The position numbers were made by a program, and so were the translations under genes. Below, piece by piece: positions 12,166 to 25,227 of a stretch of 64,000 bases of DNA; the first letter of the stretch is position 1, and every line of letters begins with the position of its first letter. This DNA is from Epiperipatus broadwayi (taxonomy: Eukaryota > Animalia > Onychophora): contig JAQFVV010000007.1 of NCBI GenBank assembly GCA_028023455.1, positions 15,624,001 to 15,688,000 on the forward strand. The letters are read 5' to 3'. The notes beneath the pieces were generated by a model. That model made no database searches and was not told the origin of the DNA. It was given only the letters and a program-made list of their open reading frames with translations.

Positions 12166-14045
12166 AGGGTTTTGAACATAGACTTTCAAGCTCCCTTCAG
12201 TTATCCATTCTATCTCACACAACTGATATACTTGACCACCCACATGTGAAAAAGATAAATGATCTCCAATATAGTATTTTATGCTTTACCAGTACTCATC
12301 AGTTTGTCCAAATCATCATCTCTCTCTCTCACACACACATATATATATATATATAATCAGTGCTCTGTTTATATTAAGATAGCAAATCTTCAAACTTTTA
12401 TGGACAGGCTTCAATCTATTCCGCCCTCTAACTCTTCAGCTATTCGCACCATTGAAAATCTGATAATGGAACACCCAAAACCCTTGCTGAAGCCATTAGT
12501 ATGGTCATGCCCATGTTTCCCTTAAGTCTCTCTGACCCCTCATGTATAGGACTGTGTCCATTTAAATATACAAAAGAGGGATGGGCAGGATCCAAACCTG
12601 TCATATTTTGTTCAAATACAAGAATAATTCATATACTTGGAATTTAAATATAATATATGGGATTTGAACACAGACTTTCATGCTCCCTTCAGCTATTCTC
12701 TTTTATCTCACACAAGTGATATACATGACCACACATGTGAAATATATAAATGATCCCCAATATATGTATTTCTTACTGAACTATCATTCACAAGTTGGTC
12801 CAGATCATCATCTCTCACATATATATATATAATCAGTTTTTAGTTAATATTAAAATAGAAAATCTTCAAACTTTAATGTTGAGGCTTCAGTCTACTCCAC
12901 CCTCCAACTCTTCATCATCTATACTATTGAAAATCTGATGATGGAATGCCCAAACCCCTTGTTGTTACCAATATTACTGTCATGCCCATGTTGCCATTAA
13001 GTCACTCTGACCCTCATGTATAGAATCTTGTCCATTTAAACACACAAAAGAGCGATGGGCAGGATACAGGCTGAATCTATAATTTTTTTTTTTTTGAAAT
13101 ACAAGCATAATGGAGTTTAAATATAATTTAAGAGATTTGAACACAGATTGTCAAGCTTGCTTCAGCTATCTATTCTATCTCACACAACTGATACACATTA
13201 CTACACACATGTAAAAAAAGATAAATCATTTCCAATATATGTATTTTATGCTAAACCAGCACTCTCAGTGGGTCCAGATCATCAACTCTCACACATATAC
13301 GTAATCAGTGTTAAGTTTATATTACGATAGCAAATCTTCAAACTTTAATGGACAGGCTCAATCTACTCCACCCTCTTAACTTTTCAACCATCCATACCAT
13401 TGAAAATCTGATTAAATATATATATGTGTGAGAGATGATAATATGGACCAACTGATGAGTGCTGGATCAGCATGAAATATGGATATTAAAGATGATTTAT
13501 TTTTTTCACATATGTATGGTCATGTGTATGAGTTGTATGAAATGGAGTGGATAGCTGAAGGGGGCTTGAAAGTCTGTAATCAATTTATATTTCATTTAAA
13601 CTCCCAAGTATATGAATTAGGTTTGTATTTCAAAAAAATATTACAGATTCAGCTTGTATCCTTACCATTCATCTTTTGTGTATTTAAGTGGGCAAGGTCC
13701 TATATATTAGAGATCAGAATGATATAAGGGTAACATGAGCATGACAATAATATTGGCATCAATAAGCATGAAGATTTGGAGGGTGGATTAGATTTGAAGA
13801 TTTGTTATCTTAATATTAAATGATCACTGATTATGTGTGTGTGTGTGTGTGTGAAAGATGATGATCTGGAACAACTTATGAATACTGGTTCAGTATGAAA
13901 GGTATATATTAGAGATCATTTATCTTTTTCACATGTGTGTGGTCATGTGTATCAGTTGTGTCAGATAGAGCGGATAGCTGAAAGAGCTTGAAAATCTGCT
14001 GTGTTCATATCCTTTATATTACATTTAAACTCCATGTGTGTATTT
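12166..14045. repeat. Array of a ~480-bp element: three direct units followed by an inverted block
   Basis: Units start at about 12166, 12659 and 13132. Orientation flips at about 13408-13412. A dispersed piece lies at ~60965-61040 and related fragments at ~5370-5540 and ~11715-11790. Confidence 0.85.
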
Positions 14046-14069
14046 AAATATATATATATATAATCTGAT

Positions 14070-14435
14070 GTTTGAACACATAAAAGCAGTAAATAGACTT
14101 CAGATCCCTAAGTGAAATATAAAGAGATGTATATTTGGAAATAACAAGAACGGAACTCGAAAGAAAGACTGAATTGGTATCACTGATATAAATGAAAGAC
14201 TGAAATATATCTGGGATAGACACATTGATAGAACAGATAATAATAGATGGATAATAAGTCAAACTGAATTTCAAGGAATTGCAAAATATTTTGAAAGGAG
14301 CCATAAAAGATAGATGGATAATTAAAATAAGAAACTTTGTGGCATGATGTAGAGAAAATAGGCTACAGATCAGGGAAACTGGATTAAATTTGGAGAGACA
14401 TTTATCCAGGAAATTGATTAATACTGGCTGAAAAT
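14070..14435 (+). mobile_element. RTE LINE 3' fragment
   Basis: Ends ggattaaatttggagagacatttatccaggaaattgattaata, like the family 3' end. Confidence 0.65.
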
Positions 14436-14589
14436 ATATGGATGAGTAAATATTGAAATTGCATTATAATTTCAATATTTATATCTAGAAAGTCAATAGT
14501 AAAACCTACTAATTAAGAAAATGAATAAACCTATCAGCAAAATCATTTTTTGTGGACTCAAAAATTGGCTAAAGCTTTTCTGTTATTGT

Positions 14590-14790
14590 CATCATCATCA
14601 TTGTCAAACATTATCATTCAACTTCAGAATGAAGGTCTCTCCTAGTTCAATCCATCTTATCTGATCTCTAACCTCTCTTCTTCACATCATCTCTGTATAC
14701 TTCTTTCTTGTTTCACCCATCCATCTCACATGTGGTCTCTTTCTGGTTTTTTTCTGTTATTGTATCATTCCTTAAAATTTCATCATATAT
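14590..14790 (-). mobile_element. RTE LINE 3' fragment
   Basis: catcatcat tail then ttcagaatgaaggtctctcctagttcaatccatctt, the reverse complement of the family 3' end. Confidence 0.75.
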
Positions 14791-16499
14791 TATTTATTTA
14801 GGATAATCAAACATCTGTATATTCATTGTATGTGAAAACTTTTCTAATGTATTCCAAATTATGTTTATGATTCACAGGCTTTTCTATATTTTAGTCTATT
14901 TGTGACTAATCTTCCTACATTAGTAATCTGTGATTCATCTTCCCATGACTCTTTATCATCAACCAAGTTTTCATTTCTAACATTCAAATAATTTAATCTT
15001 CATAGTCATTTCAAATGAGTGATTGAAAACTATACATACAAAGGAAGCGCTATTTCTACACCAACACATTTGTAATAACATTTTGGCAGGTCATTGAAAA
15101 TAGCACACAATCGCAATTGGAGTATGAAATTCTGTTTCATGTGACATGTACAGTATTAGTTATAAGGTGGGGCGGGGGGTGAAATATGCAACGTGGAAGC
15201 AAATAAAAATAAAAACTATACCAACTGATCCTAAGTGCTCCATATTCAAAAACTGAGAATCGCTGGTGTAGGTCTGTTGTGTGCAATCTTTCTACACTTG
15301 TGCTCCCTTTCCTTGGATAAAAATTTGACATGACTCATTCTTTATTTTTGTCATGCCTAAATTATAAATGACTATCTAAAGATATTCACAATAAAACGAT
15401 AATAATTTTAATTAATATACAAATTTATATTTCTTAATATTTTGGTATTAAGCACATATGATTTGAAATGAAATGTTTGAAATAAAATTTTTGTAAAAAT
15501 CGTATACTTATAAAATAAAAAAAATATATATATATAAAAAAATTATTTTCATGTGATTTTTATCCATTTTAAAAAATTAAATTCTTTCAAAAGGAAAATA
15601 AAAACTTATCAATATTCAAAACTTAAAGAGAGTTTCTTTAAAAATTTCATGACCTCCAACAATTTTTATACAAACCCATGAGGGGTTCTGACCCAAGGAT
15701 TGTGCACCATTGGTTTAGACAATAGATTACACAAATAAGTGATAGCATTTATTACCTGTTATTCTGTAACACAAATTCTTCTTCTGTGTATTTACACATA
15801 CTCATGTTATATTATTTTTGTCGCTTCATACTTGTAATCTTCTAACTCCAAGAGGGATGTGGTCAAAAACCACTGTGCCAGAGATGTCTTCATAAAAATC
15901 AATCCTGTTTGTTTGATATTTTATGAGATTGCTTTTTAATATCTTCAATAGAAAACTTCATACTTAGTGAAGTACTTCAACTCTATATCTGATTGCAGCT
16001 TTCCAATGTATTCTATCCTCTATCATATCTCCACCATGAAAACAATGCACCTCTTTAGAATGTTTTTGAGATAATCCTTTTAACATAAATGCAATCTACC
16101 TCTCATGCAAAAACCACATTCAAAGTTCCTTATAACATAAATGGGATCTACCTCTCCTACAAAAACCATGTTCAATTTCACTATAAAACACCTTGTTGTG
16201 AACCTCAGCATAGTTTTTGTGGTTGTTTGTAATAAACTGGCATGTTTTAAGAATTTGTTTTTATTCCAGAGAAAATGTTACTAATATCATAAATGTTGCC
16301 TTTATGCCACTTAATTATTATTTGTGAAAACACTGCACTACAATTGGTCAGCTCATTTATATGAGAATATTCAGTTTTTGCTGATATGTTTGACTTAAAA
16401 GCATGAAAATGTCTGCTTTAATTATGTTTTAAGTAATTTTCCATTAACTTAATGTATAAAATAATTAAAAGTGTAACTCTCCAAATAACATATATAACC

Positions 16500-19110
16500 T
16501 ATTTTTTTCCCTTCTGTTATCATCTTATAGATGAGATGAAGTAGCCAATAGACAGTAGATTCTAATGCAAATAGTTGTTCAGTTTTTAGACTTGTTATCA
16601 GAAGAAAAAGATTTCAAAAGAAATGCAATAAGTTTGTATTATTGTGGAAATTTTTATGTAAAAGTTACAGAATGGGAATAAATTGATGGATTTTGCACAC
16701 CAGTTTCAGTAATGATACTGGTGTTGTAAATTCAAATTGGCTGTTATTATTGATCTTTTGGATATTATATGGATTAACAATCACAAATACTATCTTTAAG
16801 AAAAAAACCTGCTATAAAGAATCACAAATGCATCAACCCTCAAAAGGATTCACTTATTAAAATAGGAATCAGAATCTAAGAAAAGTTCATTTTCTTAAGC
16901 ACTTACAAGTGCAGATTGTAGAATGGATCATAGATTAATGTGATCCAAGATTAAGATGATAGAAATATGTATTAAAAAGTAGATCTTATTCTAATCATAT
17001 ACACAATCTTTTTCCAGCAATGACACTTTTATATGATGACGATGATTTTTTTGAACAGATGGAAGTAATATAAATCACTTTCATTAATCATTCATTAGAC
17101 TAGAGATTATCCACTTAATGAATAATATTTCTGTAATGTAATTTTCACTACACTAATCCCATGCAAGGTAGGGACTGGTTTCTATCTGCATTCAACATAG
17201 GTTTATGGTTATACTCCCCTCCACAAGCTGTTAAAAGTGGATAGAAACTATTCCCTATTTTGCATGAGCAGTAACATAGTAAAAATTATGCTAAAGAAAT
17301 ATTCATTAGATGGAAGTAGTATGTTGACCATCTTTTGAATAATAGTGCAAGAATTGAGAGGTCAACTTTTAAAGATATATTCATTTTACCTATTCATTTA
17401 GATTTGTATAAATGCATCTAGATTATTGAAGTCCAAACGGATTTTTGCAATTTTAAATAGAAAGGCTGCAAATCCTGATGAAATACTTAGAGAAGTTTCA
17501 CAATACAGTGGTGATAATTTAACTTCAAAAATATTAGAATGTTTTAGGAATATATGTAGACCCATAAAGTTAATTGGCCTGGATTTTGATAATGCTTCTA
17601 TTGCTCCAGTTTTTAAAAATAAAGGGAAAAATTAAATTGTGGTAATACTCATGGAATATCATTATCATCTACTAAAGTAAAATTATTTTCAAGAATGTGT
17701 TGAATAGATTGCTTCTAATCATAAATGAATGATTAACAGAGTCTTGCTGTAGTTTTAAAGAATGAAGAAACACTATAGATATGGTATTTATTGCCTGGAA
17801 AATGCAAGAAAATTATCGAAAAAAAAGGACTGATTTATATGTTGCTTTTATTGATTTGCTCAAGGCATTTCTTCAGTTAATTGAAAAACTTTATTACATT
17901 ATTTATTTGAAATTAATTGGTTGTCTCATGATGTAATAAGATGAATGGAAAATTTGAGTATTTGAAATGAAAACTGGTGTTAAACAAGGATATATACTTG
18001 CTCCAATATTGTTTTTAATTTTCATGACAGTTGTCTTTGGAACCATTTATAGGCAGCTTAATAAAATGGTAATCAAGATGCTATACAGACATGGTAATGG
18101 AATTTTTAATTTAAATTGATTAAAAGGAAAAACAAGTGTCAAGCGTTGTTAGCCGAGAGGTCATTGCAGCGACCTTGCAAGCAAGTAGTTGTTTGCAGAG
18201 GGTTGTGGGTTCGCATCCCGGCTGACATATGGAAAAAAAAAGGAAAAACAAGTACTTCTATTTCTTAGGATCCTGGGCTTATAGTTTGCTGGTTATTGTG
18301 CTGTTATTGCCAGTTCAAAAGACAATTTACAGAATGTACTTGGTATTTTAACTGAAACACTTAATTGATGTTCAAAAAATTCAAATTCCTTATCAATCAG
18401 TGATGGAAAAAAATCATCAGCAACTTCCAGTTTGGATAGTTATTACCTTGAGAACGCCAACCAGTTTATATACTGTTGGTAGTTTTTAAATAAAAAGTTG
18501 ACTTCCAGACTACTTCACTATTGCTGCTTTCAACATGTTAAAACATAGGGTATTTACTGCAACTAATTATATTTAGAGTTGTTATTTTATATAATTTATT
18601 ATGTGGAAGTTAATCTTGTTCATCCTATCAATGCAATATAAAGGCATCGGAAAAGTTTCATTTAAGGTTGTTCTGTAAAATTTTAACAATATTGTGGCAA
18701 GATCATAAAACCAAACTAATGTTCTTCAATCTGCTGGATGTTATTCTATAGAATCCACTATTATGAAATCACACATTCATTGGATTAGACAAGTAAAACA
18801 AATAAATAATGCAAGACATTTTAAAAGGATATTTTGTGGTGAACTGTGGCATAGTTTTTAAGAGAAGTAGATCCTATCCATATCATAAGGATTATATCAA
18901 AGACTTTTTAAAGAAGTAAATATTGATTGTTTCTACTGGTAATATATGGCTGAGAATAGAGTGCATTGGAAAGCTGCAATTAAACATGGTGTTAAAGCAC
19001 TTCAGAAAGAAAAGTTTTCTGCTAAAAAAATTAAAATGCAAATGAATCAGCTTAGTCTGTATGTGGGTGTATCTGTGATTCATGGATTGATTTCTAGTCA
19101 TTGTAAAACT
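16500..19110 (+). mobile_element. Near-complete degraded RTE of BovB type (APE endonuclease, RT, C-terminal Cys/His tail)
   Basis: GLTITNTIF at 16771-16797, KAANPDEI at 17461, FKNKG near 17610, DLYVAFIDLLKAF at 17832-17870, WKAAIKHGVKAL near 18967 and GLISSHCK near 19085. It has many stops and frameshifts, and insertions at ~16990-17380 and 18138-18237. Confidence 0.75.
18138..18237 (+). mobile_element. Young short tRNA-derived SINE, copy 2
   Basis: Same family as 6841. The 16-bp TSD aaaaggaaaaacaagt lies at 18122-18137 and 18238-18253. Confidence 0.85.
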
Positions 19111-19789
19111 TTTTTTTTAGAGTTACAATGGCCATAATTTTTTATAAATAGCTGTTTTATGTATGTATGTAGTCTCAAAGTATGTTCATTTGATTTTCTT
19201 AATGTTTGCTGTTTTAACTTTTATTTACACACAGTGCCCATACATTTAGCTTCTATTGGCTTTAACTTCATGTAATGTTGGTCACATTGTGCCACTAAGC
19301 ATTTAAGTTCTTACAGAAGTTTTATATATGTTGTTTGTTGTCTGCCCAATAATTTATTTCTAGGATCAAGAGATAACAATCCAACTGTTGATGGTATTTT
19401 ACTACATTTTACCACAAACCCAATTTATTTTGGCATCCTGATTTTAAAGCTACTTTATAAACTTGTTTTTGGTATGTGCGTGTGTATACATATTTCGTAT
19501 TTCTAGAGCTTCTATCAGATCTTTCACTAATTTTTCATCTCTTAATTCTCAACGAGGATTTTTTAGAAGCCAATTTCCAGTAGCTATTACTTCATTTGGA
19601 GCTTATTGCTATAGAAATGTTCCCCGTGGTTTAATATTTTGGCACAGTGATGAGAATGTAGATTCCTGACGATCAACCAGTACTTAAAAGCTAGCCATTA
19701 TAAAAGTTATTTATTTTATTAGTGTAAATAATATAACAATAATTATTACTTTATTGTTCGCAAGTTCATAAGAAGTTTGAGTCTCGAAA

Positions 19790-19870
19790 GTGTCACAAAT
19801 GGAATCAATCTTAAGGACCTTGCATTCCGGTCTGTCATTCAACCACTGCACCGAACCACAGAGCAAAGAA
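19790..19870 (-). mobile_element. Older tRNA-like SINE head
   Basis: Reverse complement tggttcggtgcagtggttgaatgacagaccggaatgcaaggtcc resembles degenerate heads at ~32645, ~35625 and ~40015-40075. Confidence 0.4.
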
Positions 19871-20959
19871 TTTTTTAAATATATATTATTTAAATTCAAG
19901 AAAATTATTATTTTTCTCTTTAAAAGAAGAAAATTAAAAGAAGATGGCGAGGATGAGAAAAAATTAAAACTGTTTAATTGCCTTTAATTTTTAATGTTTT
20001 TCTTTTTTTATCTGATTCATTTATCATAAGAAATCAATTCTACATGATTTAGAAATGTAATTTTTTTTTTTTTGTTAATATGAAATAAATTTTATTCTAC
20101 ATTTGTTTTGCGTAATTTAAGATCAATTTTCGTTTCCTTTTTCATTTTTTTAGCGATAAAAAACATTAATTAATCAATAATTAAGATTTTTCTTTATAGT
20201 AGTAAATAAATGTTTATTTTAAAAAGAAATATTGATTTTGCAATACAAAAATTAATTTGAAATTTCAGTGCAATTCTGTGAAATTATTTTGTAAAATATT
20301 AATCACGGTTCATTTTCTTAGAGGCATTGAAAAGGGACTTCGGAACTGTAATTATTTGAATTCAAAGGGAAAAAGTTAAATTATGTGAAGACAAAATTGA
20401 CTTGGTTGGAAATGGCTTTGAAGTTTTTGTTCAACCTGCCCAAATCTTCTTTTAATTAAAGCCTAAAGCTGGGTCATCCTGAATCTCATTGGTCTTCTGT
20501 CCACTCGTACTTATCAGTCACTTGGGTTAATCTGTGTCGCCATCTGCTGCTCATTTTGATTAATGAGAAGATCAACATCAAACTTGTTGGCCGTGCAATT
20601 GGAATGCAGTAATCCCCCCTTTTTTTCCCGTTTGAAATGCTAGTTAGATAAATGAATATTATACACATAATTGTTAGGATTAAGCATTTCTATTTCTCAT
20701 TTTTATTTTAATCTTTTATTTCCACTTTAAAATGTTTAGTAGAAATTCTAGAATGTACTAATTTAAAAACAATATGTGCAACTCATAGCATCTATATATA
20801 GTATATAAATAATTATCTTCACCATATTGTTTTTGTCTTAAAAATTAGTTGAAAACAAGCTGTGATGAAAGGAAGTGATTTCAAATTCACAATGGAATTA
20901 AACCAGTTTACATATCATCACCACATCTTACTCAGTTTCTATGTCAAATATATAATGTT

Positions 20960-21067
20960 GTCAAACGTTGTTAGCCGAGAGGTCATCACAACCACCTTGC
21001 AAGCAAGTAGTTGGTTGCAGACGGTTGTGGGTTTGCGTCCCGGCTGATGCTATGACATATGAAAAAA
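20960..21067 (+). mobile_element. Young short tRNA-derived SINE, copy 3
   Basis: Same family. The TSD atatataatgt lies at 20948-20958 and 21075-21085. Confidence 0.8.
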
Positions 21068-21386
21068 TATATATATATATAATGTAAGTTCAAGATTAGT
21101 GGAAGAAACAATAACTTTGTTAATGATATCACATTTATAATTGTAAGTGCAGATCTCACAATTCTTATTAGAGAAAGTAAAGAATAGACACAAAAGATAG
21201 GATTACAATTAATTAAAAGCAGATAAGGAATCAAACATTGAATCCAGCATTGATAATAGTAGTAATGATTGATAACATTTGCCTCCTTTGTTCCTTCACT
21301 ATCAACAAAAAATGCAGTATCTAAATTTTTTATCCCAAACTAACAATGGGCAGAGCTGCCATGGAAAGTTTAGAAAAGATTAGTCC

Positions 21387-21771
21387 TGATTTAGTTTGTG
21401 CTCATGGCCATTTTGAAATCTAAAAACCATCTCTGACACATCCAATTGGTAAATGACATAAATATTGACTGAAAGTACTTTAAATTCATATTTTAGAAAT
21501 TATAAGCTAGTAAAAATAATATTTTATTAGGGTTTTTTTCTTTTTAAATTTACCATCATAAAATATTTGAAATATGATGGTGAAAATGTTGCAGAAGTCT
21601 GATCAAACCAAGCTTATAATTTCATATGCTCATATGAAATAAAGCATATTATTTTTACTAGCTTATAATTTCTAAAATATGAATTTAAAATACTTTTATT
21701 CAACATTTATGTCATTTATCAGTTGGATGTGTCTTTAGATTTCAAAATGACCATGAATGCAAACTAAATCA
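21387..21771. mobile_element. Foldback/MITE-like element with ~130-bp inverted arms
   Basis: The left arm 21387-21522 (gatttagtttgtgctcatggccattttgaaatctaaa...ctagtaaaaataatat) is the reverse complement of 21646-21771. Confidence 0.8.
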
Positions 21772-21819
21772 GCACCAAAAGATTTTTAGAAATCCGACCA
21801 TATTCTTAAAAAAATGGAA

Positions 21820-22150
21820 GATCAGAATTGTCGAAATTATGTTTATTTGATTTTTTATAAATGCAAAATCTGGACACCAAAAAGCATAGGGAAACTATAC
21901 TTGCTTTTGAACACTGATAGAAACTGCAGAGAATTTCTACAGAAGGCAAGAAAAATGGAACAGTGGATACCCATACAGATTAGACCTGAACTTTCACCTG
22001 AAATATAGTTAACCCAAGTTAAAATAATGCTGTTTTGATCATATCATGAAGTGATCTTAAAAAGGAAGATAGCTAGCATTGAGAGGATTAGATGACATTA
22101 TTGTTGTTGGAATGTGCCTCTGAGCTACTGTACAAATGAATCACTATGCC
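21820..22150 (+). mobile_element. RTE-like 3' fragment of a different subfamily
   Basis: Degenerate QIRPELSPE...KL..F.HIMK pattern typical of RTE C-termini. Confidence 0.45.
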
Positions 22151-22193
22151 AGATGCTATTTATATCATTGCTGGAAGTTGATGTTGATTTGAC

Positions 22194-22245
22194 CACACTG
22201 AATAATAATAATAATAATAATAATGATGGTGATGATGATGATGAT
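22194..22245. repeat. (AAT)n(GAT)n microsatellite
   Basis: aataataataataataataatgatggtgatgatgatgat. Confidence 0.9.
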
Positions 22246-23369
22246 TGTGCTATACTTTACATAGAGGTAGCATTAAATACAACTCAATGTATTTTTATGC
22301 TCAGCATCTTTGAGAAAGGCAAATGTTATATTGAAATAAAAAACAGAACAAAATTATACATTCAAGGGTGTATTCCTGAAATGTATTTAGCAAAACCCAT
22401 TTTCTTAACAGAACATTGTTTGAATTTGTGTTCATTACCAATCAGTTTTTGATTTCCTGCTTCCTGTCGTTATATTTTTTGCAAACCATCCATATTTCTT
22501 TGCAATTAAAAACATGACTAAATATTCATTCATGTTCTTAAAATAGTGATGATATTGTAGGGATCTATAAATATTTATGTATTTATGCTGCTGTAATCTA
22601 AGATAAGATTTGCTCTTGATTCACTTCCGCAGATGCAACAATAATTATAATGATGATAATAAATTTTAAAAACCAACATTAAATCTGTAAGAAATAGGCT
22701 GATTAAAAATTTATTTAAAAAATATCAGATTGTTGTTTGGAGTTATTATCTTTTTTCTTTTCTAGTTTGTAATTAGTTGTTGGAAACGTTTTTAACAGTG
22801 GCTAAAAAAAAAAGGTTTATTTCATATATTTATTTATTAACAGTAGTTGAGCACAATTTCAGCTATAGAAGTTGTTAACCTATGAATCTGGCTTCTCTTG
22901 CTGAAAGTGCACTTTGCTATTATAAGTAAAAAAGATTCAAAATAAACCTTTTCCTTAGCCAATATTAGAAATGTTTTTTGGCAACTAATTACAGATTATT
23001 GTTGTGGATTTAAGCATCTAAAAATATATTTGAATTGGATGAAGAACGAATATGGTTCCAAGTTGCACTCTTTTTATTATAAGCATTATTTACAATAACT
23101 ATTGCAATATTTTTATTTTAAAAAAATGGTACTTATGTATGTATTGTTTCTTCAGTCTCTTTGCCAGGGATTTTTTGGTTAATTATCCATTTTCAGGGGC
23201 ATCATATTTTAAACAATATGGTTGGATTTTTTTTATGATGATTATCGTATTAAATATTTTGTTGAAATTTTTTTTTAAAGATAAATTACACAAAACTCCC
23301 AAATGATAGTAATTTAATAAAATTTAATATAACTATAATAAACAAAATAAAAAACATGAAAGAATACTT

Positions 23370-23536
23370 GCTTTGAACATGTTTTGAGATTAAAGTGCCA
23401 TTTTCTCAATTTGCACATAAAGTTACATATCATGCCCATTAGCACCCACTTTTTGAACAGGCACTATTATTCCACAATTTTGAAAATACTTTACTGAGTC
23501 TTTTTCTGTCATTGGTAAATTCCAAATTTTAATCAT
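23370..23536 (-). mobile_element. Merlin (IS1016-like) transposase N-terminal remnant
   Basis: Translates as MIKIWNLPMTEKDSVKYFQNCGIIVP...ANGHDM*LY. This matches the Merlin N-terminal pattern W.LP.TE..A..F.Q..G..P....C.NGH.MKLY, with a stop and a lost Cys. Confidence 0.6.
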
Positions 23537-25227
23537 TTTTGCAAAGGTTATGAATAATAATTAACCAAACAACTTGATAAGCAAAAGAAAATCACAATAT
23601 TCAGTTTGTACATTATAATACATGTAAAAAATAATAATTCATTAAATATTGTGAATGACATTTATAAAAAAAATATTATTTTGAAAGTTAAACATGAATT
23701 TATATTCAATTTCTTAATATTTTTTAAATTTAACAAGACACACATGTTCAGTAAAATAATTTTGAGAAAAAAAAACAAAACAAATTCTTTGATGCCCTTG
23801 AAAATGGATAATTAACCAAAAAACACCCAGAAAAGAAAGAGAATGAACAATATGTAGGTACCAAAAAATATTACCATAAACCTGGCAAAAAAATGGAAGA
23901 ATAAAATTACTTATGTTTAGACTACAAGCAGTACGAGTTACCACTAAGCTCCACAAAAGTGGTATAGAACTTACACTGTGAGCAAAATTCAAATTAATTT
24001 GATTTTAATAAAATACAGACATATCTAGGATGGTACTGAGATGAACACCTGTTCAATTAAAAAATTGTATGAATTTAAGGCATATGAAAACTTTTTGTAT
24101 TATAACATATTGATTATAGCCATTGAGGATTAAAACAATTTTAGGAATCCAAGTACAAATTCAGATCACAGTCTAATAGTATTTGAATTGAAGATATCTT
24201 TTAAAAAATAAATATCATGATAAATAACTTAAAAAAAGAATACTGAAGAAAAATTATTCAGAGTTGTTAAATAAGAAAAGAAATATTAAGCTCTAGTCTT
24301 TGCTTTGAATAAAAGATGTATAATGGAACAATGTTGAGTTATCAATACAGATGTGATATTCAGGTCTCTGCTATCTTTATCTCACCTCACAAGTTAAAGT
24401 TATTTATGAAATTGTGTTTGCATAGTGAGAGAGGGTCGTCTTAATTTCTGTATTCATTGCAATATGATGAAATTGAAATGATGCATGTATTGATAAAAAA
24501 CAAAACTTAATAAATATTAAGTAATATTAGGCAAATTGATGAGATAATTTAAAGATGAAAATTATTGAAGAAAAAAATCAAAAGATATTTCAGTAAAGAT
24601 GGTAGGTTATGTAGATTATAACAATTGTAAGAGAACAGTAATAAGACAATAAATTAAATAATAGAGGATATGAAATGTGACCTTTGTAGAAGGTAGAAAT
24701 ATGTAAGTAAAGTTAAAAGTTGAGTCATAAAACAGATGCATCTAGAAGAGAGAAACTAGAAGTAGAATGTAGGAAAATAGAGGCATTATAAAAGAAAAGT
24801 AGGTTTGGTTTAATTTATAGCAGAATATATGAGATTGAAGAAAGGAAAATTAGAACCACAGAAATGCTAATAGCAATTGAAAATCTTGAATATCACATGA
24901 CCATGTCATTGTTTTTTTTCTCTTAAACATGTGCATAAAAGTTGAATACAAAATACACAGTTGATATAATAAATACATTTACTTGCAGTAATATTTTACT
25001 TAGATTATAAAAAGTTATTTTAAAAGAAACTTTTTAAAACTATTCATAATTTAACTATCTCTAAAGGTGTACCAAAATCTTTGAATCAAATTTTTAATAA
25101 CTTTAAAAAAAAAAAAACTAATTAAAAAAACGATAATGTATTATAGTATTAATAAATTTTCTTCTGTAGCCAAAAAGTAAAAATTAAAAAGTATATAAGA
25201 ATTAGTTAAAACCTATTTCATCTACAC

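Noticed and set aside
22114-22452. 112-aa ORF
   Set aside because: It spans an RTE tail and a microsatellite and has no recognisable domain.
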